Notes: generated by a model not told the origin, from the sequence alone. A DNA stretch of 64,000 nucleotides from Gemmatimonadota bacterium (GCA_039591655.1 JBDHDE010000003.1:15093-79092); one strand, 5' to 3'. Positions 8,627-23,067 are shown, numbered from the stretch's first letter. Numbers and translations are program-made.

Positions 8627-9358
8627 GTGGATCCCACGCTGACCGTCTTGCTGTACTCGTCCCTGGCCGCGGCAGCGGCCGGGCTCGGGATTGCACCGCT
8701 GATGGTTAGCAAGCGCCTCGCCCTGGCCCGGATTGGCTGGGCCAACGCCTTGGCGGCGGGGCTCATGCTGGGCGCCGCCTACGCCCTGATGGTGGTGGGG
8801 ATCCAGCCGCTCCCCGTGACTGCGGCCGCAGGCTCTCTCCTGGGCATCGGCTTCGTGTACTGGACTCACGCGGTGTCGGGCACGGCGGACATGGACCTCA
8901 ACCGCCTGGAAGAGACCAGCGTCGATTACGGCTACAAGGTCCTGTTGGTCACCGGGCACCACGCCGCCGCCGAGGGGATCGCCATCGGCGCGGCGTTCGT
9001 GGTGAGCGTTCCGTTCGGCATCTTCATGGCCCTGGCCATCGCTGTGCACAACGTTCCCGAGGCCACGGTGCTGTGCTCCATCCTCACGGGCCGCGGCGTG
9101 CGGCTGAGGGATGCCGCCGGGCTCGCGGTGGCGACCAATGTGAGCCAGATCCTCCTTGCAATCGTCACGTTCGCGATCGTGACGGCCGCGCCCGGAGTGC
9201 TTCCCTGGGCGGTGGGCTTTGCCGTGGGAGCGCTGGTCTACCTGGTGATGGCCGAGCTGCTGCCGGAGTGCTACCGGCAGGCGGGACCCACGAGCATTGC
9301 CCTCGTGACGATCGTTGCGATGGGGATCGTGGTTCTGTTGAGCAACCGGGGACTTTGA
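8627..9358 (+). CDS. ZIP (ZupT/GufA) family metal transporter 1
   Basis: ALAAGLML, HAAAEG, AIAVHNVPEA, AELLPE; GTG start inferred. Confidence 0.85.
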   Translation: MDPTLTVLLYSSLAAAAAGLGIAPLMVSKRLALARIGWANALAAGLMLGAAYALMVVGIQPLPVTAAAGSLLGIGFVYWTHAVSGTADMDLNRLEETSVDYGYKVLLVTGHHAAAEGIAIGAAFVVSVPFGIFMALAIAVHNVPEATVLCSILTGRGVRLRDAAGLAVATNVSQILLAIVTFAIVTAAPGVLPWAVGFAVGALVYLVMAELLPECYRQAGPTSIALVTIVAMGIVVLLSNRGL

Positions 9359-9360
9359 CG

Positions 9361-10098
9361 GTGCCGGTCCTGGACCCGGTGCTCCTCGTCTTTCTCTATG
9401 GGCTCTTCACGGCCCTCGCCACGGGACTCGGGGCGCTCCCCTTTGCCTTCGTCCGCTCGGTCTCGGCACGGGCCGTGGCGTACGCCAATGCCATCGCCGC
9501 GGGACTGATGCTGGGGGCGAGCTTCGGGCTCGTCGCCGAGGGCACGCAATACGGAGCGTGGCAGACACTCATCGGCGCCGTGCTCGGCGTGCTGTTCATC
9601 CTGGGGACGCAGCAGTACCTCAAGACGCGCCAGATCGAGTTCGGGAGGGTACGGGGCGGCGGAGCGCGTCGCATGCTCCTCATCATGGTGGTGATGACGG
9701 TGCACTCCTTTGCGGAGGGCGTGGCGGTCGGGGTGGCTTTCGGCGGGAGCATGACCCTCGCCGTCGCCATCGTGTTGGCTATCGCCGTGCACAACATTCC
9801 GGAGGGGTTGGCGATCAGCGCGGTGTTCCGCCCGCGCGGCGTCTCGGTGGCTGGGTGCGCCGGGTGGAGCATCGTCTCATCGCTGCCGCAGCCGTTGATG
9901 GCGGTGCCGGCCTACCTGTTGGTCGAGACGTTCACGTCCGTGCTTCCTTACGGCATCGGGTTCGCCGCGGGCGCCATGGTGTTCATGGTGTTCGTGGAGC
10001 TACTACCGGAGGCGTTCGAGGTGGGCCGCAAGCCCCACGTTGCGCTCCTGACCTCCGCCACCCTCGTGGCGATGGTCGTGTTCCAGCAGTACCTGTAG
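9361..10098 (+). CDS. ZIP (ZupT/GufA) family metal transporter 2
   Basis: ATGLGALP, HSFAEGVAVG, AIAVHNIPEG, SSLPQP, FAAGAM, ELLPEA; GTG start inferred. Confidence 0.9.
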   Translation: MPVLDPVLLVFLYGLFTALATGLGALPFAFVRSVSARAVAYANAIAAGLMLGASFGLVAEGTQYGAWQTLIGAVLGVLFILGTQQYLKTRQIEFGRVRGGGARRMLLIMVVMTVHSFAEGVAVGVAFGGSMTLAVAIVLAIAVHNIPEGLAISAVFRPRGVSVAGCAGWSIVSSLPQPLMAVPAYLLVETFTSVLPYGIGFAAGAMVFMVFVELLPEAFEVGRKPHVALLTSATLVAMVVFQQYL

Positions 10099-10191
10099 CG
10101 CCCGGCCGCCATCCACCCTTCCGGGGAATGGGGCCCTTCACGCCCTTGTCTCAGGTGGAGGCCGGAAGGCCGAAGCCCGCGGGACAACGAA

Positions 10192-10218
10192 AGGGAGCGC
10201 CGAGCCACGGCGCTCCCT
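10192..10218. terminator. Probable bidirectional intrinsic terminator
   Basis: Perfect 11-bp stem AGGGAGCGCCG-agcca-CGGCGCTCCCT between convergent ZIP and oxidase genes. Confidence 0.7.
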
Positions 10219-10253
10219 CTCTTCGCTATCGACCGGAAAGCTCTTGTTGGCCG

Positions 10254-11876
10254 TTAGAACGGCTTGTACCCCGGCGAGCCGAAGGTCTCCATTGCCAGGT
10301 GATCGGCCAGCGGGTACGCGTAGGCGATCGCCACCAGGATCACGGCGACCACGACCCAAGCCCAGATGCGATCGAACACCACCAGCTTGGTGGGCTCTCC
10401 TTCCAACGGCTCCGCAAACTCGAGCGTCGGCTGCTCGGCCTTCGGACCGGCCAACACCGTGCCTAGCATGCTGAGCAGGAAGAACGACGCGGAGACGAAC
10501 AGCAGCACGCCTCCTGCGGCGGATATGAGCGTGAGTCCCTCCCACTGTGTGGCGGCAAGACTGCCGCCGTAGCTCGTCTCGTAGACACGCCGTGGCATGC
10601 CCATTATGCCCGTGATGTGGTTCGAAATGGAGAACAGCAGCATCCCGACGAACCATAGGTACGGCTGCCACTTGGCAAGCAGACCGAGCTCCAGATCCCG
10701 ACCTACCAGCTTCGGTACCAGCCAGTACGCAACACCCATGAAGGTGAGCGCCACTGCGGAGCCCACGGTGAGATGGAAATGTCCCTGGATCCAGGCCGTG
10801 TTGTGCACCACCGCATTCATGCCGTACGCCGCGTTGATGGCGCCGCCGAAGCCGCCAACGGCGAACAAGATCATGCTGAGGAGCACCGCCGCCACCATGG
10901 GGTTGTTCCACGGCAGTTTGGCGATCCAGTCGAACAGTCCCCTGGCGCCGCGCATGCGGCCCGCGACCTCCAAGGACGCGGTCACGGTGAACGCCGTGAC
11001 GAAGCTGGGGAAGAGGATCGCGAACGTGGTGACGGTGTGTGCCAGCTTCCATCCGGCGGAGATCCCGGGGTCCATGAACTGGTGATGGAATCCCACAGGC
11101 GTGGACAGGATGATGAACAGGGCGAACACCATCCGCGCCAGCGGATCGCTGAACAGCTTCCCGCCGGCCTCCCGCGGCACCACGGAGTACCACACGACGT
11201 AGGCGGGAATGAGCCAGAAGTAGACCAGCGGGTGGCCGAAGAACCAGAACAGCATGCGGGCCAGGAGCGGGTCTACCGTCTCCTTGAGCCCCAGCGACCA
11301 CGGGATGAGCTGGAACAGCATCTCCGAGGCCACACCCACCGTCGCGAGGTACCACACGATGATCGTGGTCAGGATACCGTGCACCGCCAGCGGAACCGGC
11401 GTGCCGGGGTTGTCCTTCTTCCACGCGAAGTAGCTGGCGATGATCACCGCGCCCCACACCCAGGAGCCGACGACCAGTAGCGTGGCGCCGATGTAGAACG
11501 CCGAGTGTGCCTGGAGCGGTGGGTAGAAGGTGTAAAGGACAGTGGCTTTGCCCCACAGGATCGCCCACGCAACCATGGCCGTTCCGACGGCGGCGATCCA
11601 GAACCCGGCCCATGCCACGCGTGGCCATTTGAGCGGCCGCTCGAGAGCGCGGGTCGTGAACGCGATCCCGAGACCCATGATGAAGAACGTGGTGAACACG
11701 ATCGCCATCAGGACGCCGTGGCCGGTCACCGAGAGGTAGTACATCTTGGCCGAGCGCCAGGGGAGGTCGAGGCTGGCGCGCGACAGGGCCTGCATCAGAG
11801 CCATGAACGTCGCGATGCCGAACGCGACCACCGCGACGCCGATGTTTGCCGTGGCGAGACGTCGATTGTGGATCAT
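10254..11876 (-). CDS. cbaA: ba3-type (family B) heme-copper oxidase subunit I
   Basis: VTGHGVLM, LYTFYPPL, WFFGHPLVYFW (cross-link Tyr retained), GFHHQF, VHNTAWIQGHFHLT, GMPRR. Confidence 0.93.
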   Translation of the reverse strand: MIHNRRLATANIGVAVVAFGIATFMALMQALSRASLDLPWRSAKMYYLSVTGHGVLMAIVFTTFFIMGLGIAFTTRALERPLKWPRVAWAGFWIAAVGTAMVAWAILWGKATVLYTFYPPLQAHSAFYIGATLLVVGSWVWGAVIIASYFAWKKDNPGTPVPLAVHGILTTIIVWYLATVGVASEMLFQLIPWSLGLKETVDPLLARMLFWFFGHPLVYFWLIPAYVVWYSVVPREAGGKLFSDPLARMVFALFIILSTPVGFHHQFMDPGISAGWKLAHTVTTFAILFPSFVTAFTVTASLEVAGRMRGARGLFDWIAKLPWNNPMVAAVLLSMILFAVGGFGGAINAAYGMNAVVHNTAWIQGHFHLTVGSAVALTFMGVAYWLVPKLVGRDLELGLLAKWQPYLWFVGMLLFSISNHITGIMGMPRRVYETSYGGSLAATQWEGLTLISAAGGVLLFVSASFFLLSMLGTVLAGPKAEQPTLEFAEPLEGEPTKLVVFDRIWAWVVVAVILVAIAYAYPLADHLAMETFGSPGYKPF

Positions 11877-12349
11877 ACGCCCCCCTCCACGATCAACGTT
11901 GCGCCCATGTTGTGATGACCGAGGCCGCAGTACTCGTTACACGTGATCAGGTACTCGCCCGGTTCGTCGAACGTCATGGTGAACTGGCTGACGTAGCCCG
12001 GGATCACCATCGTGTTGCCGTTCGTCCCTACGATCTGAAAGCCGTGGACGACGTCGGCGCTCGCGATCCGGAACGTGACCGGTGTGTTGGCGGGCACCCT
12101 GATCTCGTTCGGCTGGAATGCGAACATCATGGCGAGCATCGTCACTTCGACGCTGCCGTCTGGATTGGTCGTCACCCCGCGCTGGGCGAAGCGTGCGTCG
12201 GACCAGACGTTGCGGGGGTCGACGGTCTCTACGTGGCTGGGCGGCAGCCGGCCCTGGGACACGGTGGCGAATGCGATCGCGCCGAGGAACACCACGATGA
12301 TCGCGCCTGCGCCCCACATCCAGATCCGCTCGTATAGATGCACATGCAT
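11873..12349 (-). CDS. cbaB: ba3-type oxidase subunit II (CuA)
   Basis: Single N-terminal TM, DVVHGF and CNEYCGLGHHNM CuA ligands; 4-nt overlap with subunit I. Confidence 0.93.
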   Translation of the reverse strand: MHVHLYERIWMWGAGAIIVVFLGAIAFATVSQGRLPPSHVETVDPRNVWSDARFAQRGVTTNPDGSVEVTMLAMMFAFQPNEIRVPANTPVTFRIASADVVHGFQIVGTNGNTMVIPGYVSQFTMTFDEPGEYLITCNEYCGLGHHNMGATLIVEGGV

Positions 12350-12355
12350 GGGCCG

Positions 12356-12496
12356 TTACCTCATCACCGCGCCGCGCGGGAGGTAGATGAACAGGAAGAA
12401 GGCAAACCACCCGATGACGAACAGCGCGCCGTACAGCCCGACGAGGGCCAACGTGCCACGCGGGTGCTTGCCGACCTCGGAGTGCTGATCGCTCAT
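12356..12496 (-). CDS. cbaD: ba3-type oxidase subunit IIa (46 aa)
   Basis: Tail of a longer track ORF: MSDQHSEVGKHPRGTLALVGLYGALFVIGWFAFFLFIYLPRG; P.GTL..V...W...F...RG pattern; AAGGAG RBS; position upstream of subunit II. Confidence 0.8.
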   Translation of the reverse strand: MSDQHSEVGKHPRGTLALVGLYGALFVIGWFAFFLFIYLPRGAVMR

Positions 12497-12537
12497 GAGC
12501 TTCTCCTTACTGGGAACGGACGTGAACGGACCGTGAA

Positions 12538-12927
12538 CTAAAGCCTGCCGGTTGCGAGCGCGCGCACGATGTCGCTCTGGGCGATCACGCCGACTAGCTC
12601 GCCGTCTTGCTCCACGAACAGGCGGTGCACGTCCAGGGAGAGCATCTCCTGAGCCGCCTGCTTGACGTCCTGGTCGGGGCTGATGGTCTGCGGTGGCGAC
12701 GTCATGATGTCGCGCACGAGGATCTCGCCGAAGCGCCGCTCGCCCTCCCCCTCGGCCGCGCTCTGCAGGATATCGCTGGAGGAGAGCACCCCCACGAGAC
12801 CCCCGCGTCGATTCACGACCGGCACGCCGTGTACGTGAGCATCGGCCAAGGAGACGATGGCCTCCGCCACCGACACGTCCTGGTTCACGATGGCGAGTTC
12901 CGTCTGCATCAGCTCCGCCACTCTCAT
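12538..12927 (-). CDS. Tandem CBS-domain protein
   Basis: MRVAELM...PVV...LVGVLS..DI; VRDIMT.PP.TI...LVGVIAQSDIV. Confidence 0.9.
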   Translation of the reverse strand: MRVAELMQTELAIVNQDVSVAEAIVSLADAHVHGVPVVNRRGGLVGVLSSSDILQSAAEGEGERRFGEILVRDIMTSPPQTISPDQDVKQAAQEMLSLDVHRLFVEQDGELVGVIAQSDIVRALATGRL

Positions 12928-13020
12928 TGCGACCTCTGGCGCTGGAAACGCCGGTACGAAGTCTGGAGCGGTACCGGTCCGGCGCTAGGCGCCGCCGCAT
13001 CCGCTGTTCAGAAGGAGGAT

Positions 13021-13074
13021 AGTCTAACGCGTCGGTACGGCTTCGTCACGCTCGTCTTGGTTGACGGGGTCAAC
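13021..13074 (-). promoter_or_regulatory. Candidate sigma70 promoter of CBS-cba operon with upstream palindrome
   Basis: GTGACG-17-TAGACT (13049-13021) and GTTGAC-N3-GTCAAC at 13060-13074. Confidence 0.5.
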
Positions 13075-13089
13075 GATCACGCAGTGGGA

Positions 13090-13956
13090 TTAGCGGCGCG
13101 GGCCGACAGGGACCACCAGGACCGATGCTGGGAGCCGGTTGAGAAGGCGCTCGGTCGTGCTTCCGAGCAGCACGCGATCCACCCACCCCTTACCGTGGGA
13201 TCCCACCACAACCATGTCGGCACCCCAGGCCTGGGCCTCGTCGCAAATGACGCGGCTCGGCGTGCCGCACTGCACTTCCTGCGCCACGGACATTCCGTCC
13301 AGGGCGCGCGCGACAATGCGACTGAACTCTCGCTCCGCAGTCTGCAGGTGCTCCTGTTCGTCCAGCTGGACCGCGACGTCGGGAATGGGTGGAAACGGCT
13401 CGACGGCGTGGAGTGCCCGTAGCTCGGCTGCGAACAGCGCCGCGAGATGCGCGGCCATCTCGAGCGTCGGGTCGGCAGCGTCGGAGAGGTCCGCCGCGAC
13501 CAGCACCCGACCGACGTCGGGTCGCGTCGAGGCCGTCACGAGGACCGGCACGTCGATGGTGCGCACGGCATGGTGCACCGTGCTCCCCCCGAACCATCGG
13601 GCGGGCGCGGAGTGGCGTTTCCCGCCGAGCACCAGGAGCCCGGCCCCGTAGCCGCTGACGGCCGCCGCTAGCTCCCAAGCGACATTGCCGCGCCGCACCT
13701 CGAGGTGATCCGGGGTCTCCGGCGGCGCGTTCTCCTGCAGCGCGGCCACCACCTGCTCCCGGGCGACGGAGGCAGCCTTGGCGGCGACCACGCTCTCGTC
13801 CACCGCGGCGGGCACGCTGGGCAGGTGCCGCGTCACGTGCACCAGGTGGCAGGGGACCCCCGCCGCCTCGGCCGTGCGCCAAGCCATCGCTGCCGCCAGG
13901 GCGCCCTCGGGCGAGGCGTCCACTCCTGCGACCACCGCTTTCCACTGCATCGTCAT
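13090..13956 (-). CDS. Tandem-domain universal stress protein
   Basis: VVAGVDAS...LLVLG...FGGST; VLVAADLS...VVVGSHG.G...LLGSTTERLL; start at MTMQW inferred. Confidence 0.9.
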   Translation of the reverse strand: MTMQWKAVVAGVDASPEGALAAAMAWRTAEAAGVPCHLVHVTRHLPSVPAAVDESVVAAKAASVAREQVVAALQENAPPETPDHLEVRRGNVAWELAAAVSGYGAGLLVLGGKRHSAPARWFGGSTVHHAVRTIDVPVLVTASTRPDVGRVLVAADLSDAADPTLEMAAHLAALFAAELRALHAVEPFPPIPDVAVQLDEQEHLQTAEREFSRIVARALDGMSVAQEVQCGTPSRVICDEAQAWGADMVVVGSHGKGWVDRVLLGSTTERLLNRLPASVLVVPVGPRR

Positions 13957-13991
13957 CAGCCGTGCTCCATGATGGGCCCCCGTGGCCGACG

Positions 13992-14021
13992 AGTCTACCA
14001 CCTCGCCGGACGGCCCGTCAA
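13992..14021 (-). promoter_or_regulatory. Candidate sigma70 promoter of USP gene
   Basis: TTGACG-18-TAGACT. Confidence 0.55.
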
Positions 14022-14100
14022 GAACCCGAAAGCCACGCCGTGAAGTCCCATTCAGGCCGAATTCACCGCTCCTTCATGACGCCCTGTCTAGTCTCCGTGC

Positions 14101-14346
14101 GGTGGCCCGTCAGGGTCACCACTGCGGGAATGCCCTAGGAGGGAAGGGCCGGCGTTCGCGACGCCGCTGAGGTTTCGAGGGGCTCCGCATCGGCCGCAGG
14201 CAAGGCGAACGGGATCGTCAGGCATGTAACCCGATGCACGATTCGAGGAGACCCTGCGCTACGATCGAATGGTAGCGCTGGAACCGAGACCTCGGAGGGG
14301 AATCCCCCACCCCCGGTGCACGGGAGGGCACCGGGGGTTTTGTTTT
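14101..14346 (+). ncRNA. Candidate structured small RNA (unrecognised family)
   Basis: TAGTCT -10-like hexamer at 14089-14094, six successive hairpins, then a + strand terminator; no credible + strand CDS. Confidence 0.45.
14309..14346 (+). terminator. Intrinsic terminator
   Basis: ACCCCCGGTGC-acgggagg-GCACCGGGGGT followed by TTTGTTTT on + strand. Confidence 0.8.
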
Positions 14347-14350
14347 GGCC

Positions 14351-15745
14351 CTAGCCGTTTAGCGGCACCGTCTCGCCGTCTCTCGCAGGCCGGACGTTCC
14401 AGCCCAGTTCTCCACGGATCGCCGCCGACAGCGCCAGTGAGCCGGTGGGCTCACCGTGCACCAGGTAGGTGGCGCTGGGTGGACGGCGGAATCCCGCCAG
14501 CCAGCGCAGCAATTCCGACTGATCCGCGTGGGCCGAGAGTCCGTGGAGCGTCCTCACGGTGGCCCGCACCGGCCACTCCTGGCCGTGGATGCGGATGAGC
14601 TTGGCCCCGTCCTGGAGACGGCGGCCGCGCGTGCCGGCTGCCTGGAAGCCCACCAGGAGGACCGTGGTGCGGCGGTCGGGCAGCCGCAGCTTGAGGTGGT
14701 GCAGGATTCGCCCACCCGTGGCCATCCCGCTGGCCGAGATGATGATCACCGGCCCCCGGACATCGTTGAGGGCAATGGACTCCTCCCGGGAGCGGGCGAG
14801 CTGGAAGTGGTGCGGCCGCAGAGGGTCTTGCCCCGCGTCGGTGAGGGCCTGCATGTCGAGGTCATGCTCCTCGGTGTGGCGCAAGTAGAGATCCGTGACG
14901 TCGATGGCCATGGGGCTGTCCATGTACACGGGGATGGCGGGAATCCGTCCGTGGTCCTCGAGCTGCCGCAGCCGCCACAGCAGCTCCTGGGTGCGCCCTA
15001 CCGCAAAAGCGGGAATGACGATGGCGTGACCGTGCTCCGCCCCCTCCCGCACGATGGCGGCCAGGTCCCCGTCCGGGTCGTGTTCGTGGGACCGTCCACC
15101 GTAGGTGGACTCGCTCACCAGGAAGTCCGTTTCCGAGATGAGCTCTGGGTCGTGCAGGATGGGGCGGTCCCAGCGCCCGAGGTCGCCCGAGAAGACCAGC
15201 CGGGTCCCCCGCCCGGCATCCAGCAGGCACTGCACCGTCGCGGAGCCCAAAATGTGGCCGGCGGGTCGGAACTGGGTGGCCATGCCGGGCACCACCTCGA
15301 AGGCCTCGCCGTAGAAGCGCGGATCTACCAGGTCCAGCGCGGCCTGGGCGTCCTCGCGCGTGAACAGGGGAAGGGCGGGTCGGTGCTTGGAGTACCCTTT
15401 GCGGTTGGCGTGCTCGGCCTGCTCCTCCTGCAGGTAGGCCGCGTCGGGCAGCAAGACACCCAGTAGCGAGGCTGTAGCAGCTGTGCAGTGGATTGGGCCG
15501 CGGAACCCCCGGCGGGCCAGGACCGGGAGGTACCCGGAGTGGTCCAGATGTGCGTGACTCAGGACCACCGCCGCGACGTCCTCCGGGTCATAGCGGGGGT
15601 CGTTCCAGTTGCGCAGCCGCAGGTCCTTGAGCCCCTGGAAGAGGCCGCAGTCCAATAGCGTGCCCCGCCCGCCGACGGTGACCAGGTGCTTGGACCCGGT
15701 CACCGTCTCGGCGGCGCCTAGAAACCGCAGTGTCGCTCCGCTCAT
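14351..15745 (-). CDS. Metallo-beta-lactamase / beta-CASP ribonuclease-like protein
   Basis: FLGAAETVTGS, DCGLFQG, SHAHLDHSG, AGHILGS, FSGDLG, ESTYG, PAFAVGRTQE, LSAHAD. Confidence 0.93.
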   Translation of the reverse strand: MSGATLRFLGAAETVTGSKHLVTVGGRGTLLDCGLFQGLKDLRLRNWNDPRYDPEDVAAVVLSHAHLDHSGYLPVLARRGFRGPIHCTAATASLLGVLLPDAAYLQEEQAEHANRKGYSKHRPALPLFTREDAQAALDLVDPRFYGEAFEVVPGMATQFRPAGHILGSATVQCLLDAGRGTRLVFSGDLGRWDRPILHDPELISETDFLVSESTYGGRSHEHDPDGDLAAIVREGAEHGHAIVIPAFAVGRTQELLWRLRQLEDHGRIPAIPVYMDSPMAIDVTDLYLRHTEEHDLDMQALTDAGQDPLRPHHFQLARSREESIALNDVRGPVIIISASGMATGGRILHHLKLRLPDRRTTVLLVGFQAAGTRGRRLQDGAKLIRIHGQEWPVRATVRTLHGLSAHADQSELLRWLAGFRRPPSATYLVHGEPTGSLALSAAIRGELGWNVRPARDGETVPLNG

Positions 15746-15787
15746 CACTTGCGCTGCCCTCCCGTCCCCTCAGTCCCTGCCCCGGGT

Positions 15788-17947
<2,160 letters not shown>

Positions 17948-18231
17948 CGTGACTCCTTTGAGGATGGGGCAGGGCGTCGATGGGATGGGACGGCGTCGCC
18001 GGGATTGCCGGCGATCCTGGCACCCGAGGGGCGTCGCTCCGCCTCCCGATCCCGTCTATCCCCTTACCCGGGTTCTCGGCGTAGTTTTGAGACCTGGCAC
18101 CGCCGCGTCAATGGACGCGGGTCTGCCGGCCGCGCGCTCGTGCGCCCGCGCGCTCAGGCCGGTCGTGCGGCGCGTGATGCACCTGCGACATCGTGGTCGT
18201 GCGCGCCGCTCGCCGACATGGGAGGGAATCG

Positions 18232-20964
<2,733 letters not shown>

Positions 20965-21112
20965 CGCCACCACTTCTCGGCCCGAAGACGGCCGGCACCC
21001 CGGGAACCCTGGTAAGCTGGGTGTCGTTCTGTGGGTCGTATGGAACCCGGCAACAGCGGCTCATGGCCGTTCCCGGATCCCGTTCGCTACCCAATCGGTT
21101 CGAGGAGGAAGC

Positions 21113-21502
21113 ATGGTAAGACGCATGATCGCCGGGCTCGGCGTCGCCCTACTCATGGCGCTGGCGCTGCCGGCGGTGGCCGAGGCCCAGATGGGTCACG
21201 CCCCCGAGGGCGAGGAGGCCACGATCACGGGCACGGTCATCGACCTGTCGTGCAAGTTCCGCCACGGCCTCTCGGGCGAGCAGCACCGCATGTGCGCCCA
21301 GGTCTGCGCGGACAAAGGCGTGCCGTTGGCCATTCTCACCGACGACGGCAGGCTCTTCGTGCCGGTGAGCGCTGGCATGCCCGGCGCCAGCGAGAACGAG
21401 CAGCTCAAGGAGTTCGCAGAGCAGCACGTCACCGTGAACGGCACGGTCTTCGAGGCGGGCGGAGCAAAGGCGATCCAGATCGCCGAGATCAGTCGGTCGT
21501 GA
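21113..21502 (+). CDS. Small secreted Cys/His-motif protein, function unknown
   Basis: GAGGAGG RBS, signal peptide AEA-Q, G.VIDLSC...H..CAQVC...G.P motif. Confidence 0.8.
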   Translation: MVRRMIAGLGVALLMALALPAVAEAQMGHAPEGEEATITGTVIDLSCKFRHGLSGEQHRMCAQVCADKGVPLAILTDDGRLFVPVSAGMPGASENEQLKEFAEQHVTVNGTVFEAGGAKAIQIAEISRS

Positions 21503-23067
21503 CCATCGTTGGTAGGCGCGCGGGCCGGGGGCTTTCCCGGCCCGCGCTGGCTCTCGCCGCCCTGAGCGCCGTCGCGGGCCTGGCCGTAGCAGCTGTGCGC
21601 GGCGGCGGCGGCGGGGCCGCCCGGGGCCCCGTTGCCGAGCCCAATCCTGCGGCTGCGGCCCCAGTGGAGACGCGGGTGGCTTCCGTCAGACACATCACGC
21701 AGGGGGAAGCGCCGGAGCAGCTGCTGCCGGACACGGTCTTCCCCAGCAAGGCCGCGCGGCTGCTGTGGTTCGAGGGACGCGCCGCGTCGCCCGTCGGTGA
21801 TCGCAGCGCCGTAGCACTGGACGGCGCCGGTGGAGTGGTGCGGTTCGATAGCCGTCTGATCGCCCACCGAGTGCGATTGGATCTGGAGGGGCGAGTTCCC
21901 ACGAGCGTCGCCGCCGCGTCGGACGGAGGCGTCTGGGTGACCGATGGCGAGGGAGAGTTACTCCGCACCGACGCCGGGGGCCGCATCCGCCACACGGGGC
22001 CAGCGCCGTTCGACTATGCGGCGGTGACTTCGGATCCGGCAGGTGGTGTCTGGCTGGCTCGCTCGACGGAGCTCTTCTCGTACCGGCTGGTCACCGGTGC
22101 CGAGCCGGTGCTGGTCCGCGTGGATACCGACGGCGGCTCCGCCGGGGTGGGTTCGATCCTGGTCCCCGAGCACGTACTGCTGGCAGAGCTGGCCAACGCC
22201 GGGCATGTCGCCGTGACGCAGGAAGCGATCTACTTCGCGCCGTTCATCCGAGACGAAGTGGTGGCGTTCTCTCGGGACGGCGACACGCTGTGGATCGCGC
22301 ACCGCGAGCTTCCCCAGTCGACCCCCGAGCCGCGCTTCGAGCTCGGGCCGGACGGAGCGATGATCGACTACGCCCCAGTCAACCTGGGGATCGCCATGGG
22401 AGCCGACGGACGCCTCTATGTTCTGAGTGTTCCCGGGTTCACGACGTCCGAGAGCAGGATCGACGCCTACGATCCCGTGACGGGATTGCTGCTGCGGACG
22501 GCGCGGATCCCCCACCCACTTCCCACGGTGGCGGTGGACGAGCAAGGGCGGCTCTATCTGCTCGACGCCTTCCGCCTACTGACGGGGATAGCCCCGAGCG
22601 AGCGGGAGGCCTTCGCGCCGTTCGATCTCGAGCGCCTGGGAAGCGAGCACCGGATGACCCTGGCCGACCTCGAGGGCAAAGTGGTTCTCATGAACGTCTG
22701 GGCCAGCTGGTGCGCGCCGTGCCGAGTGGAGATGCCGGCGCTGGACGACTTGCAGCGCTCCATCGAGCACCCCGACTTCAGGTTCATCACGATGAACGAG
22801 GACGTGATGGTCGGGGACGCCCAGGCCTTTCTCGAGGAACACGGCTTCGGGTTCCCGGTGCTCCTGGGCCGGGGCAGGCTCCAGCGGCAATTCCACTACA
22901 TGGGACTGCCGTTCACGGTGCTCCTGGATAGGGAGGGCCGGGTGGTGCAGCGGTGGACCGGTTTCGCCGGCGAGGAGCAGATCGCCGGGATCCGGGCAGT
23001 GGTGCAGGCGGAGCTGTCACGCGAGGGGAGACCCGGCGAGCACGGCGGTGGGCACGACGACGCTTAA
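21499..23067 (+). CDS. Beta-propeller-like domain fused to TlpA/ResA-family thiol-disulfide oxidoreductase
   Basis: GTGA overlap with upstream gene; N-terminal anchor; repeats like VAAASDGGVWVTD; GKVVLMNVWASWCAPCRVEMP and GLPFTVLLDREG. Confidence 0.85.
   Translation: MTIVGRRAGRGLSRPALALAALSAVAGLAVAAVRGGGGGAARGPVAEPNPAAAAPVETRVASVRHITQGEAPEQLLPDTVFPSKAARLLWFEGRAASPVGDRSAVALDGAGGVVRFDSRLIAHRVRLDLEGRVPTSVAAASDGGVWVTDGEGELLRTDAGGRIRHTGPAPFDYAAVTSDPAGGVWLARSTELFSYRLVTGAEPVLVRVDTDGGSAGVGSILVPEHVLLAELANAGHVAVTQEAIYFAPFIRDEVVAFSRDGDTLWIAHRELPQSTPEPRFELGPDGAMIDYAPVNLGIAMGADGRLYVLSVPGFTTSESRIDAYDPVTGLLLRTARIPHPLPTVAVDEQGRLYLLDAFRLLTGIAPSEREAFAPFDLERLGSEHRMTLADLEGKVVLMNVWASWCAPCRVEMPALDDLQRSIEHPDFRFITMNEDVMVGDAQAFLEEHGFGFPVLLGRGRLQRQFHYMGLPFTVLLDREGRVVQRWTGFAGEEQIAGIRAVVQAELSREGRPGEHGGGHDDA

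Noticed and set aside
10254..11876. Family-B-derived nitric oxide reductase completing denitrification with nosZ
   Set aside because: The active-site Tyr in GHPLVY and all His ligands are retained, as in O2-reducing ba3 oxidases
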